A DNA stretch of 64,000 bases from an uncultured Clostridia bacterium. Lineage in GTDB: Bacteria; Bacillota; Clostridia; TANB77; CAG-508. How positions within the stretch are numbered: position 1 is the stretch's first letter; the number at the start of each line of letters is the position of its first letter. Below are positions 27,319-37,151 of the stretch, in pieces. The notes under the pieces are model-generated. The model was given only the letters and a program-made list of their open reading frames with translations. It did no database searches and was not told the DNA's origin. Position numbers and translations under genes: made by a program. The stretch spans positions 7,620 through 71,619 of the forward strand of contig CANQSV010000002.1 of the NCBI GenBank assembly GCA_947626605.1. Reading direction: 5' to 3'.

Positions 27319-30300
27319 TTATTGATTAAATAATCCAATCATTTTAACTCCAGCATATGCTACAGCGTTTGCTTTTTTACTATTATTATATTTAGCATAT
27401 AAAACTGTATCCGTAGTTATTGGTTCTTCAAAATTAAATAATTGAGTATGTTGTTCATCTTTATACCAATTTTCAAATCCAGCGTTTTCTACACCTATAC
27501 GTTCTGGAAGTTTTCCGCCTTTAGGTATTGTGTTTTCAATTTTCTCCCCATTACCATTTACCCATGTTACTTTTACAGTTTCTGTTCCTTTTTTATAGAA
27601 ATATAAATATACATTTCCTGCATGGTCTGTTTTAATTGCACTATCATAACGAGGTGTTTGTTTTTTATCATCTTCTGTTATTCCAAATCCTTCTACTATT
27701 CCTAAAGAAGCACCTGGTTTCATTGATAATGCCAATTTTAACAATGATAAGTCAAAATATGATTCTTCTTTGCTATCAGAAGTCCAAGACATACCATCTG
27801 TACTTTGTATTGTCATAATATCCATGTCCATTACTGATAAACTTCCTTTTCTTCCACCTTCGCTACAATTTTTTAATGAAATATCTGTTCTTTTAGTTGC
27901 TTTTGCTTTTTCATTTAATTTAATTGGTATATTTGTTTGTAAATTCATTGAAGCTACATTTACAGAACATCCTTCTGGCAAACATACATAGAATACATCA
28001 TCTGTACAAACTACAGCTTTTTGTCTTGTAACTTTTTGATTTTTATCTTTTATCTCAAATGATATATCTACTATTCTAGGCTCAACTGGTTGTGTTTGTG
28101 GTGGATTTGGATCATCTGATTGACCTGGATCATCTCCTTGATATCCTGGATCCTCACTTGGTTCACTTGGCTCTGTACTAGGATCTTTTCCTGGCTCACT
28201 TGGATTGCTTGGGTTATCTGGAGTGCTTGGATTGCTTGGTTCTGTACCTGGTTCATCATTTGGGTTGCTTGGATTATCTGGTGTACTTGGATTACTTGGT
28301 TCTGTACCTGGTTGACTTGGATTATCTGGAGTATTTGGATCACTTGGTTCTGTACCTGGTTGACTTGGGTTATCACTTGGATTATCTGGAGTATTTGGAT
28401 CATTTGGATTGTCTGGTTGTTGTGGATCATCTGGTGGTGTAACTGGTGGGTTATCTGGTTTCTTAATTTTCTCCCACAAAGCTGTTAATGTTACATTACC
28501 AACTACTGTATAAGTAGTGTTTGCATTAAGTATTTTATCTTTTTCATTAGCTGTACTCCAACCAAGGAATTTATATTCTGCAGTATCATCAAGTTTTTTA
28601 AGAGTTATTGTTGGTTTTTTCCATTTAGCATACAAATTTATCGAATCACCATTGTTCATATCAACAGCTTTTACATTTGCTTGATCGCTATATTTAACAT
28701 CTCCATCTTTTTCTGTTGACCAACCTAAGAATGTACTGCTAACTTTTTCTGTTTTATTGTTTTGTTGATTATCCTTATCATTTTTATACGTAACAGTAAA
28801 TTCTTCTTTAAAAGTGTTTTTATTTAATTTTGTTTCTTTATCATAATCAATTACTTGTTTTGTTGTATTATTTGTTCCATTATTAGCATTAAATATTATT
28901 GTATATTTTCTATTTTGTGTCCATACTGCATATAAAGTTTTGTTTCCACTCTCTGCTAGATTTTTTATTTTTTGTCCGTTTGTATATTTAGCTGTTTTAT
29001 CCTCTTTTGTTTCTCCCCAACCTGCAAATGTATAGCCTTCTCTTGTAAAGCTATTATTATTTAAGTTTCCTTCTTGGTCGTAAGTAAATTGTTGGTCATT
29101 CATTGTTCCTGTTCCACCGTTTGCATCAAATTTAACTGTATATTTATTTGCTTCCCATTTTGCATAAAGAGTAAGGTTTTGTGTTGCTGGTGTATCAAAT
29201 TTAAACTCTTCTTTATAATTATTATCTTTATACCATCCTTTAAATGTATATCCTTTACGAGTTGGATCTACTGGTTTTGTTATCTTATCTCCTTTTAGCA
29301 CTTTTTGCTCTGCAACAGTTGTTCCGCCATTTGAATCATATTTTATTGTATATGTTTCTTTTTTCTCTTCTTTGTATTTAGCATATAAAACTATATCACT
29401 AGTTACTGGCTTACTAAAATCAAATTTTTTAGTGTATGCTGCATCTGTATACCATCCTTCGAAATTTTCGTTTTCTTTAACTACATGTTCTGGAAGTAAT
29501 GCTCCTTGAGGAATATTAACTGTATAGCTATCTTTCTCTCCATTTTTCCATTCGATTTTTACATCTTTTGTTCCTTCTTTATAGAAGTACATATATGTAT
29601 CACCTGTTTGGAATTGTTCCATTTTACTAATATAATGTGGAGTTTCTTGTCCATCATCTGTTTTTGCAAATCCTTTTGCTACACCTAAATTCTTTTCACC
29701 TAATAAAATGTTTAGCATTTCTAAATCTACAAACAGGTCTTCATCTGTAGATTGCCATGTGATGCCATCATTGCTTTTTACTGTTAAAGCATTAAAGCCA
29801 AGTAACTGCAAATTTCCTGTTCTTCCATCTTCTGTATATACATCTGCTGTAATATCAATATAGTCTTTAGATGATACAGCTTTTTTATTTAATCTGACAG
29901 GTGTGTTTGTTTTTATCATTATTGATGCTAAATCTATTTCATATCCTTCTGGGAATTTTACGAAAAATACTTCATCTCCTATTTTTGCTTCTTCTCTATG
30001 TGTTTTTCCTTCTTTATCTTTAACTACAAATGATATTGATTCAATCTTAGGAGCCTCTTGAGGAACAATTTGTTCCCAAATAGCTGTTAATGTAGTGTTT
30101 CCTACTACTTTATAATTATTATTTCCTGATATTATATTCTCTTTTTTATCAGATGTACTCCAACCAAGGAATTTATATTCTGATGTGTCTTCAACTTTTT
30201 TTAGAGTTATTGTTGGTTTTTCCCATTTAGCATATAAATTTATTGAGTTTTCCTTACTAATATCAACAGCTTTTACATTTCCTTCATCTTCATATTTAAC

Positions 30301-32469
30301 TTCGCCATCTTTTACTAGTGACCAACCTAGAAATTTACTACTAACTTTTACTGTTTCAGTTTTCTTTTCTGCATTGTTGTAGTTATATGTAATAGTAAAT
30401 TCTTCTGTAAATGTATTTTTATTTAATTTTGCTTGTTTATCATAATCAATTACTTGTTGAGTTTTAGCATCTGTTCCATTATTAGCATTAAATATTATGG
30501 TGAATTTTCTGTTTTGTGTCCATACTGCATATAATGTTTTTGTTCCACTTGCTGCTAGATTTTTTACTTTTGCTTTATCTGCATATTTAACTGTTTCTTT
30601 TGATGTTTCGCTCCAACCTGCAAATGTATAACCTTCTCTTGTGAAACTATTGGCATTTAATGTTCCTTCTTGATCGTAAGTAAATTGTTGGTCAGCCATT
30701 TTTCCTGTTCCACCATTTGCATCAAATTTAACTGTATATTTATTTGCTTCCCATTTTGCATGTAATGTAATATTTTGTGTTGCTGTTGCTTTATTAAAGT
30801 CAAAAGCTTCTTTATCTGTTAAATTAACATACCAACCTACAAATTTATATCCAGTACGTGTTGGATCTTTTGGTTTTGCTATTTTTTCTCCATATTCTAC
30901 TTTTTGTTCAGTAGTTTCAGTTTTTCCACCATTTGCATCAAAAGTTATTTTATATGTTAAACTTTTATCTTTTATTGCCTTAGCTTCTACAACTGAATCT
31001 TTAGCACCTATTTTTACTTTTGCTTTTGCATTTTTGCTAATTCCACCTTTTTCATCTTTCCAACTATCAAAAATGTATCCTTTTAAAACTTTAGCTTCAA
31101 TTTCTACTTCTGATTCAAAGTAATATTCTCCTGAACCTTTTACTTCTGCTATTCCTTCACCTTTAGTTAATGTTAATTTGTATTTATTTCTTGTATATTT
31201 ATATTCTATAACTGTACTTCCATCAGGGTTTACTGTTTTAGTTTGTACTGCTGGTGCAGTAAAGCCTTCGTATTGTTTTACTTCTGGTGTTACTTTTGCG
31301 TTGGCGTTTGCTGTTTTTGTTTCTACTTCTGGCTCTGCATATGTTGTTCCATTTATATTCATTTTATAGTGTTTTACTGTGTATTTTATCTGCTCTTGTG
31401 GATTAGCATTTGCCACCATCATTACATTTCTTGTTCCGATTTTTACTCTAACAGTTGCTTCGTTGCAAGTTCTACCAATATCATATACCCATTCTTTAAA
31501 CTCATATCCTAATGATGGTTTTGCACTTATCTCTACTTCTTGCTCATAATAATATTCTCCTGCACCTTTTACTTCTGCTATTCCTGTTCCTGCTATTAAT
31601 TCTAATTTATATTTATTTCTTGTGTAATGATATTCTACTACTGTTGTTCCATCTTTATTTACTTTTACAGTTTGTGTTTCTGGTGATGTAAAACCTTTAT
31701 AGATTTTAACTTCTGGAGTTACTAATTCATCTGTTTTTCCTGTTTTTGTTTCAATATATGGATCTGCATATGTTTGCCCATCTATATTCATTTTATAGTG
31801 TTTTACAGTGTACACTATACCTTTATCTGGTTTTGCATTTGCTGTAAAACTCATATTTTTATCAGATACTTTTATTTTGATTGTTGAATCTGTACAAGCT
31901 TTATTATTGCTATCTATCCAATTTCTAAATGAATATCCATCTGCCACTTTAGCATTTATTGAAACTATTTGTCCATAATAAAATTCTCCTGCACCAATTA
32001 CCTCTGTTATTCCTGTACCTGCTATTAATTCCAATTTGTATTTATTTCTTTCATAACGATATTCTACTACTGTGCTTCCATCTGCCTCTACTTTTACTGT
32101 TTGAACTTTTGGGCTTGTGAACCCTTCGTATTCTTTTGTTTCTGGAGATACTAATGTATCTGCTAGTCCTTCTTTTGTTTCTATTTCTGGGTCTGCATAT
32201 GTTTCCCCATCTAATTTCATCTTATAGTGCTTTACTGTATAGGTTGTAGTCTCATTAGATTTTATTATGTTATTAAAGTTTAATCTCATTGCTCCCAAAT
32301 TATTTATGTCTAATGTTCTATCTTCTATTTCTTCAAGTGCTTTTTCTGCTATATTGTTTTCTCTTACATTACCCCAAAAAGAATTTTCTCTTCCAAAACT
32401 TAAGCATACTGCACTAGAACAGATAATTAGTAGTACTACACCTAACATTGAGATGATTTTCTTGTTCAT
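27319..32469 (-). CDS. giant surface protein, paralog 2
   Basis: 1716 aa with the same module types as paralog 1. It contains an internal tandem duplication of roughly 530-650 aa and a Pro/Asn/Asp/Ser-rich linker. Only 24 nt separate it from paralog 1, so the two are probably co-transcribed. Confidence 0.9.
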   Translation of the reverse strand: MNKKIISMLGVVLLIICSSAVCLSFGRENSFWGNVRENNIAEKALEEIEDRTLDINNLGAMRLNFNNIIKSNETTTYTVKHYKMKLDGETYADPEIETKEGLADTLVSPETKEYEGFTSPKVQTVKVEADGSTVVEYRYERNKYKLELIAGTGITEVIGAGEFYYGQIVSINAKVADGYSFRNWIDSNNKACTDSTIKIKVSDKNMSFTANAKPDKGIVYTVKHYKMNIDGQTYADPYIETKTGKTDELVTPEVKIYKGFTSPETQTVKVNKDGTTVVEYHYTRNKYKLELIAGTGIAEVKGAGEYYYEQEVEISAKPSLGYEFKEWVYDIGRTCNEATVRVKIGTRNVMMVANANPQEQIKYTVKHYKMNINGTTYAEPEVETKTANANAKVTPEVKQYEGFTAPAVQTKTVNPDGSTVIEYKYTRNKYKLTLTKGEGIAEVKGSGEYYFESEVEIEAKVLKGYIFDSWKDEKGGISKNAKAKVKIGAKDSVVEAKAIKDKSLTYKITFDANGGKTETTEQKVEYGEKIAKPKDPTRTGYKFVGWYVNLTDKEAFDFNKATATQNITLHAKWEANKYTVKFDANGGTGKMADQQFTYDQEGTLNANSFTREGYTFAGWSETSKETVKYADKAKVKNLAASGTKTLYAVWTQNRKFTIIFNANNGTDAKTQQVIDYDKQAKLNKNTFTEEFTITYNYNNAEKKTETVKVSSKFLGWSLVKDGEVKYEDEGNVKAVDISKENSINLYAKWEKPTITLKKVEDTSEYKFLGWSTSDKKENIISGNNNYKVVGNTTLTAIWEQIVPQEAPKIESISFVVKDKEGKTHREEAKIGDEVFFVKFPEGYEIDLASIMIKTNTPVRLNKKAVSSKDYIDITADVYTEDGRTGNLQLLGFNALTVKSNDGITWQSTDEDLFVDLEMLNILLGEKNLGVAKGFAKTDDGQETPHYISKMEQFQTGDTYMYFYKEGTKDVKIEWKNGEKDSYTVNIPQGALLPEHVVKENENFEGWYTDAAYTKKFDFSKPVTSDIVLYAKYKEEKKETYTIKYDSNGGTTVAEQKVLKGDKITKPVDPTRKGYTFKGWYKDNNYKEEFKFDTPATQNLTLYAKWEANKYTVKFDANGGTGTMNDQQFTYDQEGNLNNNSFTREGYTFAGWGETKEDKTAKYTNGQKIKNLAESGNKTLYAVWTQNRKYTIIFNANNGTNNTTKQVIDYDKETKLNKNTFKEEFTVTYKNDKDNQQNNKTEKVSSTFLGWSTEKDGDVKYSDQANVKAVDMNNGDSINLYAKWKKPTITLKKLDDTAEYKFLGWSTANEKDKILNANTTYTVVGNVTLTALWEKIKKPDNPPVTPPDDPQQPDNPNDPNTPDNPSDNPSQPGTEPSDPNTPDNPSQPGTEPSNPSTPDNPSNPNDEPGTEPSNPSTPDNPSNPSEPGKDPSTEPSEPSEDPGYQGDDPGQSDDPNPPQTQPVEPRIVDISFEIKDKNQKVTRQKAVVCTDDVFYVCLPEGCSVNVASMNLQTNIPIKLNEKAKATKRTDISLKNCSEGGRKGSLSVMDMDIMTIQSTDGMSWTSDSKEESYFDLSLLKLALSMKPGASLGIVEGFGITEDDKKQTPRYDSAIKTDHAGNVYLYFYKKGTETVKVTWVNGNGEKIENTIPKGGKLPERIGVENAGFENWYKDEQHTQLFNFEEPITTDTVLYAKYNNSKKANAVAYAGVKMIGLFNQ
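28081..28461. repeat. degenerate tandem nucleotide repeats encoding the PDNPS/PGTEPS linker of paralog 2
   Basis: Recurring units such as CTTGGTTCTGTACCTGGTTGACTTGGRTTATC. They explain the spurious alternative-frame ORFs at 28071-28488. Confidence 0.8.
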
Positions 32470-32585
32470 ATTAAACTCCCTTCAAAATTTTTTATATCAT
32501 TACTTTTATAAAATTTCGCATATAAATTTAGGGCAAATCATTTCTATTTTACTTTTTTATACAATCCGCCCATTATGTATTCAAC

Positions 32586-32614
32586 ATAATATCATAAATC
32601 TTTACATTTTTCAA
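32586..32614 (-). promoter_or_regulatory. candidate promoter of adhesin paralogs 2 and 1 (TTGAAA-17-TGaTATTAT)
   Basis: Reverse strand reads TTGAAAaatgtaaagatttatgaTATTAT. The same architecture occurs upstream of paralog 3. Confidence 0.5.
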
Positions 32615-32670
32615 TAATAATTGGCAATTATTTGTTTTTTTATTGAAAAATTATGTAAATTTACATAAAA

Positions 32671-32687
32671 GGCGAGCAAAGCTCGCC
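32671..32687 (-). terminator. GC-rich hairpin terminator after paralog 3
   Basis: GGCGAGC-aaa-GCTCGCC. On the minus strand it is followed by TTTTAT. It belongs to the GGCGAS/STCGCC stem family. Confidence 0.7.
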
Positions 32688-32701
32688 TCTTACATATTCA
32701 A

Positions 32702-35700
32702 TTATTTATTTAAAAACGCCTTTAATGTAGGATATTCTCCTTCTACTATGTTCCATATGTTTGTATCCCAATTTTTATATGTAGTAGTCTTTTTTAGTTC
32801 TTCTGTTGTCTTTTTTGTGCCTTCATTAGCATTTTCATTTTTAGTACTATCAAATAGCCATGTTTCTTTATTTGTATTACCAATTCCAGTACACCATCCA
32901 TGTATTCCTGAATGTTTGATTCCAGCTCCATCATCATCGCCTATGAGAGTTATTTTTCCTGTATACAATAAATTTTTCATAGCTGTTCTTTCTTTACCAT
33001 ATCGTGATGACCAGTCATAGTCTCCTATTATTCCTGCAACATTGCATACAAACGAACTACAATTTGCAGTTATATCCAAATTTGAGTATATATTTGTAAG
33101 TGATGTTGTATTATTACCTTTTCCTAATATACCACTAGTTCCCACGTTCCTTTGGTTTGTTATTTTACCATCTATTGTTTCACATTCTGAAATAGTACAA
33201 TTGTAATCTATTCCCACAATTCCTCCTGTTTCAGTTCTACTAGATATTGAAATATTTTTAACAAGAATTTTTTCTAGAGTTGAAGCTCTACTTTCTCCAC
33301 AAACAGTTCCAACTCCCATACAATTTCCTTTTGTCGTATCTATATTTACTGTGTCAAATCTTAGATTACTTATCTTTGCCTCATTTACATATGAAAAGAA
33401 ACCAATATTTCCTTTTTGAGCATTTTCTTTAATTTTAAGATTGCGAATTGTGTGTCCATTTCCATTAAAAGTTCCCGAAAAGCCTGAAATAGGTGACCAA
33501 TTTTCATTTTTCAAATCTATATCATTTGCTAGATTTATTGTTTTATCTTTAAAATTAACTTTCTTATTAGTTGCTAATTCTGATAACCCTCTTAATTGTT
33601 CTAAGGTAGATATATTGTATGATTTATCATCTTCATGTCCATCATACCAAGATGTATCGATTTTATAATCTGTATATTTTGCATATAAAACAGTATCCTC
33701 ATATACTGGTTTATTGAAGTCTGCTACATTTTTTAGTTCTTTGTCAGAACACCAGTTAACAAATTCTTTATTTACTACAACATTTGGTCCTATATTAGGT
33801 ATAGTAGATCCTTTTGGAATAGTTAGCTTTTTTATTTCTTGCTCTCCATTTAAAAATTTTATATTAATATCTGGAAGTCCTTCTTCTTTAAATAGCATGT
33901 ATGAGTCATCACCTACGTATATTACATTTGAAATATATCGTGGTGTTTCTAGTCCATCTTCACTAATTCCAAAACCTTTAGCAATAGCTAATTGTTTTCC
34001 TACACTCGTAAACATTGTTTTGAATAGCGAAGTATTAACTGTAAAATCTTTCTCTCCAGCATTAGTCCAAGTTATTCCATCAGTACTTTTTATTTTGGTT
34101 GATAATTTCATACTATATGAAAAGTATACTTCTCCAGACATACCATCTTCGGAAACATTATCCGGTTTTAAATCTTTGTAAGTAACTCCATTAATTGCAG
34201 AACCTGCTTGTGCTTTACTATTTAATGTTATTGGAATATCTGTTGCAATTTTTAATGTATTAATATTAATTTGACCACTACCTGGAATTTTAATGTAAAA
34301 TGCTTTATCTCCAACACTAACTATATCATCACGTAATTTTCCATTATCATCAGTAACATCAAAAGATAAATATTTTATTTTTGGTGCCTTAGGTATGTAT
34401 TTTTCATATGTAGCTTTAAGTTTTATATTACCTGTTGTTCCTTTTTTTATTGTTCCATTTTCTAAAACTTTTCCATTTTCTAGAACCCATTCTTTAAAGG
34501 TAAAGCCTTTTTTCGTTGGTTCATTTAGTTTGAAACTTTCTGTTTCTATTGTATAAGTTGTTTTATTTGGAGTAGCTACTGTCCCTCCATCTAAATTATA
34601 TTCAATTTTATATTCAATTGCAGAAGCATTTGCTGTAATCGTTGCATTATCAGCACCTATTCGAACTCTTCCATCTACATTTTTGGTTGTATTTCCTTTG
34701 TCATCTTTCCATGAATCAAATTTATAACCTTTTGCTACTTTTGCACTTATTGGAATTTCTGTTTCATAGTAGTATTCTCCTGCCCCATATACTTTTTCTA
34801 TTCCTTTATTTGCTATCAAAGTTACTGTATACTTATTTCTTGTATAGTAGTATTTTACTACTGTTTTTCCATCTGCACTAATTGTAACTTCTTGAGCTTT
34901 TGGTGCTGTAAATCCTTCGTATTCCTTAGTTTTAGGAGATATAGTAGTTTCTATAATACCTGATTTTGTTTCTGATTCAAATAGAAAATATTTATTTGCC
35001 CCTGGAATATTTTTGTAATGCTCTACTGTGTAGTTTGCTTTATTATTTTGATTTGCATTTGCTGTTATAGTTGTATCTTTTGCTTCAATTTTTATTTTTG
35101 CATTTATATCATTTATTACTTTTCCATCATCTTTCTTCCAACAGCTAAATTTGTATCCTTTTTTTACTTCTGCAGTTATTGAAACTTCTGCTTCGTAATA
35201 ATATTTACCTTCTCCTGTTACTTTTTCTATTCCTTCGCCTTTATTTAATGTTAGATTGTATTTATTTCTTTTATATTCATATCTTACAACTGTACTTCCA
35301 TCTGCATTAATTTTAACCTTTTTACTTTGAGGTGATGTGAAACCTACATATTGTTTTACTGGTGGTATTATTTCTTGATTTGCTGACGCCGTTTTTGTTT
35401 CTACATCTGCCTTTTCATATTTTGTTCCATCTATACTCATTTTGTAATGTTCTATTGTGTAGGATACCTTTTTGTCTGGAATTGCATTTGCTACTATCAT
35501 TATATTTCTAGTTCCGATTTTTAATTTAAATTTTTCATTTTCGCAAGTTCTTCCAATGTCATATACCCATTTATCAAATTTATAATCTTCTAATGCTTTT
35601 GCACTTATTTCTATTTCTTGCTCATAATAATATTCCCCTGCACCTTTTACTTCTGCTATTCCTGTACCTTTTATTAGTTCTAGCTTATATTTATTTCTTG

Positions 35701-36850
35701 TATAACGATATTCTACTTCTGTACTTCCATCTTTATTTACTTTTACAGTTTGTTTTTCTGGTGATGTAAATCCTTCATAGATTTTAACTTCTGGAGTTAC
35801 TAATTCATCTGTCTTCCCTGTTTTATATTCTATAATTGGTTCTGAATATGTTTTTCCATCTACCTTCATTTTATAATGTTTTACTGTATATGATATATCT
35901 TTATCTGGTTTTGCATTTGCAGTATAACTTATGTTTTTATCAGCTATTTTTATTTTAATTTGTGAATCTGTACAAGTTCTATTATTGCTATCTATCCAAT
36001 TTCTAAACGAATATCCTTCTGCTACCTTTGCACTAATTGAAACAATTTGTCCATAATAAAAATCTCCTGCACCTATCACTTCTGTTATTCCTGTACCTGC
36101 TGTTAATTCCAATTTGTATTTATTTCTTGTGTAGTAATATTCTATTACTGTACTTCCATCTGCTTCTATTTTTTTTGTTTGAGTTTTTGGACTACTAAAT
36201 CCTGTATAATTTTTTACTTTCGGTGTTACATAGGTATTAGCTAATCCAGTTTCTATTTCTGTTTCTGGCTCTGCATATGTTTGTCCATCTAGTTTCATTT
36301 TATAATGTTTTATTGTATATGTTTTTTGACCATTTAATATTTCCCTTGCATTATTTATGTTTTCTTTTAATTGTGTATTTCTAATATCTGTAATAGAGCT
36401 TTCATCATTATAATTTATATATGGATACTGAATTTCAGATTTATATTCTTCTTTTAGATTTTCATTAGTTGATTTTTCATTTTTAGCATTTGCATATGTT
36501 TGCTTTTTTTCTGTTTTATTTTCTTGTTTTGCATTTTCCTTAATTGGCTCTTCTTTTTTGCCATATATATATGTTGGCTCATTATCATTTTTTACATTTT
36601 CATTAGTTGATTTTTCACTTTTGTTGTTTGTATAAGCATACTTATCTTCAGATTGATATATTGCTTTCTTAAGGTTTTTTGTTTCTATTATGTTACCTAT
36701 GTTTACTATTGTATTATTTTCTATATTTTGTTTTTTATTGTTTAAACTTGCAAATGATGTTTTATTTTCTTTTGCCAAGCTTAAATATATTATACTAGAA
36801 CAAATAATTACTAATATAAAACCTATTATTGAAATTACTTTTTTGGTCAT
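32702..36850 (-). CDS. giant surface protein, paralog 3, with a C-terminal GLUG-type region
   Basis: 1382 aa. Signal-anchor, five MucBP-like/InlB-B-like module pairs, the shared unassigned domain, then a C-terminal region with GGIVG-type (GLUG-like) repeats. Confidence 0.9.
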   Translation of the reverse strand: MTKKVISIIGFILVIICSSIIYLSLAKENKTSFASLNNKKQNIENNTIVNIGNIIETKNLKKAIYQSEDKYAYTNNKSEKSTNENVKNDNEPTYIYGKKEEPIKENAKQENKTEKKQTYANAKNEKSTNENLKEEYKSEIQYPYINYNDESSITDIRNTQLKENINNAREILNGQKTYTIKHYKMKLDGQTYAEPETEIETGLANTYVTPKVKNYTGFSSPKTQTKKIEADGSTVIEYYYTRNKYKLELTAGTGITEVIGAGDFYYGQIVSISAKVAEGYSFRNWIDSNNRTCTDSQIKIKIADKNISYTANAKPDKDISYTVKHYKMKVDGKTYSEPIIEYKTGKTDELVTPEVKIYEGFTSPEKQTVKVNKDGSTEVEYRYTRNKYKLELIKGTGIAEVKGAGEYYYEQEIEISAKALEDYKFDKWVYDIGRTCENEKFKLKIGTRNIMIVANAIPDKKVSYTIEHYKMSIDGTKYEKADVETKTASANQEIIPPVKQYVGFTSPQSKKVKINADGSTVVRYEYKRNKYNLTLNKGEGIEKVTGEGKYYYEAEVSITAEVKKGYKFSCWKKDDGKVINDINAKIKIEAKDTTITANANQNNKANYTVEHYKNIPGANKYFLFESETKSGIIETTISPKTKEYEGFTAPKAQEVTISADGKTVVKYYYTRNKYTVTLIANKGIEKVYGAGEYYYETEIPISAKVAKGYKFDSWKDDKGNTTKNVDGRVRIGADNATITANASAIEYKIEYNLDGGTVATPNKTTYTIETESFKLNEPTKKGFTFKEWVLENGKVLENGTIKKGTTGNIKLKATYEKYIPKAPKIKYLSFDVTDDNGKLRDDIVSVGDKAFYIKIPGSGQININTLKIATDIPITLNSKAQAGSAINGVTYKDLKPDNVSEDGMSGEVYFSYSMKLSTKIKSTDGITWTNAGEKDFTVNTSLFKTMFTSVGKQLAIAKGFGISEDGLETPRYISNVIYVGDDSYMLFKEEGLPDINIKFLNGEQEIKKLTIPKGSTIPNIGPNVVVNKEFVNWCSDKELKNVADFNKPVYEDTVLYAKYTDYKIDTSWYDGHEDDKSYNISTLEQLRGLSELATNKKVNFKDKTINLANDIDLKNENWSPISGFSGTFNGNGHTIRNLKIKENAQKGNIGFFSYVNEAKISNLRFDTVNIDTTKGNCMGVGTVCGESRASTLEKILVKNISISSRTETGGIVGIDYNCTISECETIDGKITNQRNVGTSGILGKGNNTTSLTNIYSNLDITANCSSFVCNVAGIIGDYDWSSRYGKERTAMKNLLYTGKITLIGDDDGAGIKHSGIHGWCTGIGNTNKETWLFDSTKNENANEGTKKTTEELKKTTTYKNWDTNIWNIVEGEYPTLKAFLNK

Positions 36851-36941
36851 AATTCACTCCCTTCTTTATGCTTTTACACATAAAAAAACTTCATATTTTA
36901 TATATTTATTGTTAAACTAAATTTCCAATTATGTGTACAAA

Positions 36942-36970
36942 ATAATATCATATATTTATTGTTTTTTCAA
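36942..36970 (-). promoter_or_regulatory. candidate promoter of adhesin paralog 3 (TTGAAA-17-TGaTATTAT)
   Basis: Reverse strand reads TTGAAAaaacaataaatatatgaTATTAT. The flanking blocks are shared with 32581-32665. Confidence 0.5.
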
Positions 36971-37071
36971 TAAATATTGCTAATAATTTGCTTTTTTCGT
37001 TTCAAATTATGTAAACGCATACTTCTTAAGTGTTTTTAACCTATAATTAAAGTTATACTTTATTAATATTT

Positions 37072-37100
37072 TTGACATTATTAACATAATGTGGTAAAAT
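37072..37100 (+). promoter_or_regulatory. promoter of small-ORF cassette 2 (TTGACA-17-TGgTAAAAT)
   Basis: -35 at 37072-37077, a 17-nt spacer, and an extended -10 at 37092-37100. It is divergent from adhesin paralog 3. Confidence 0.55.
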
Positions 37101-37151
37101 TTATTTATTGGGACATATATCCCAAAATAATTTTGAAGGGAGTTTTACCCT

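Noticed and set aside
28071-28488. ORFs at 28071-28430 (-), 28120-28488 (+) and 28200-28442 (+) have strikingly periodic translations.
   Set aside because: They are alternative-frame or antisense readings of the tandem DNA repeats that encode the Pro-rich linker of adhesin paralog 2. They have no independent start signals.
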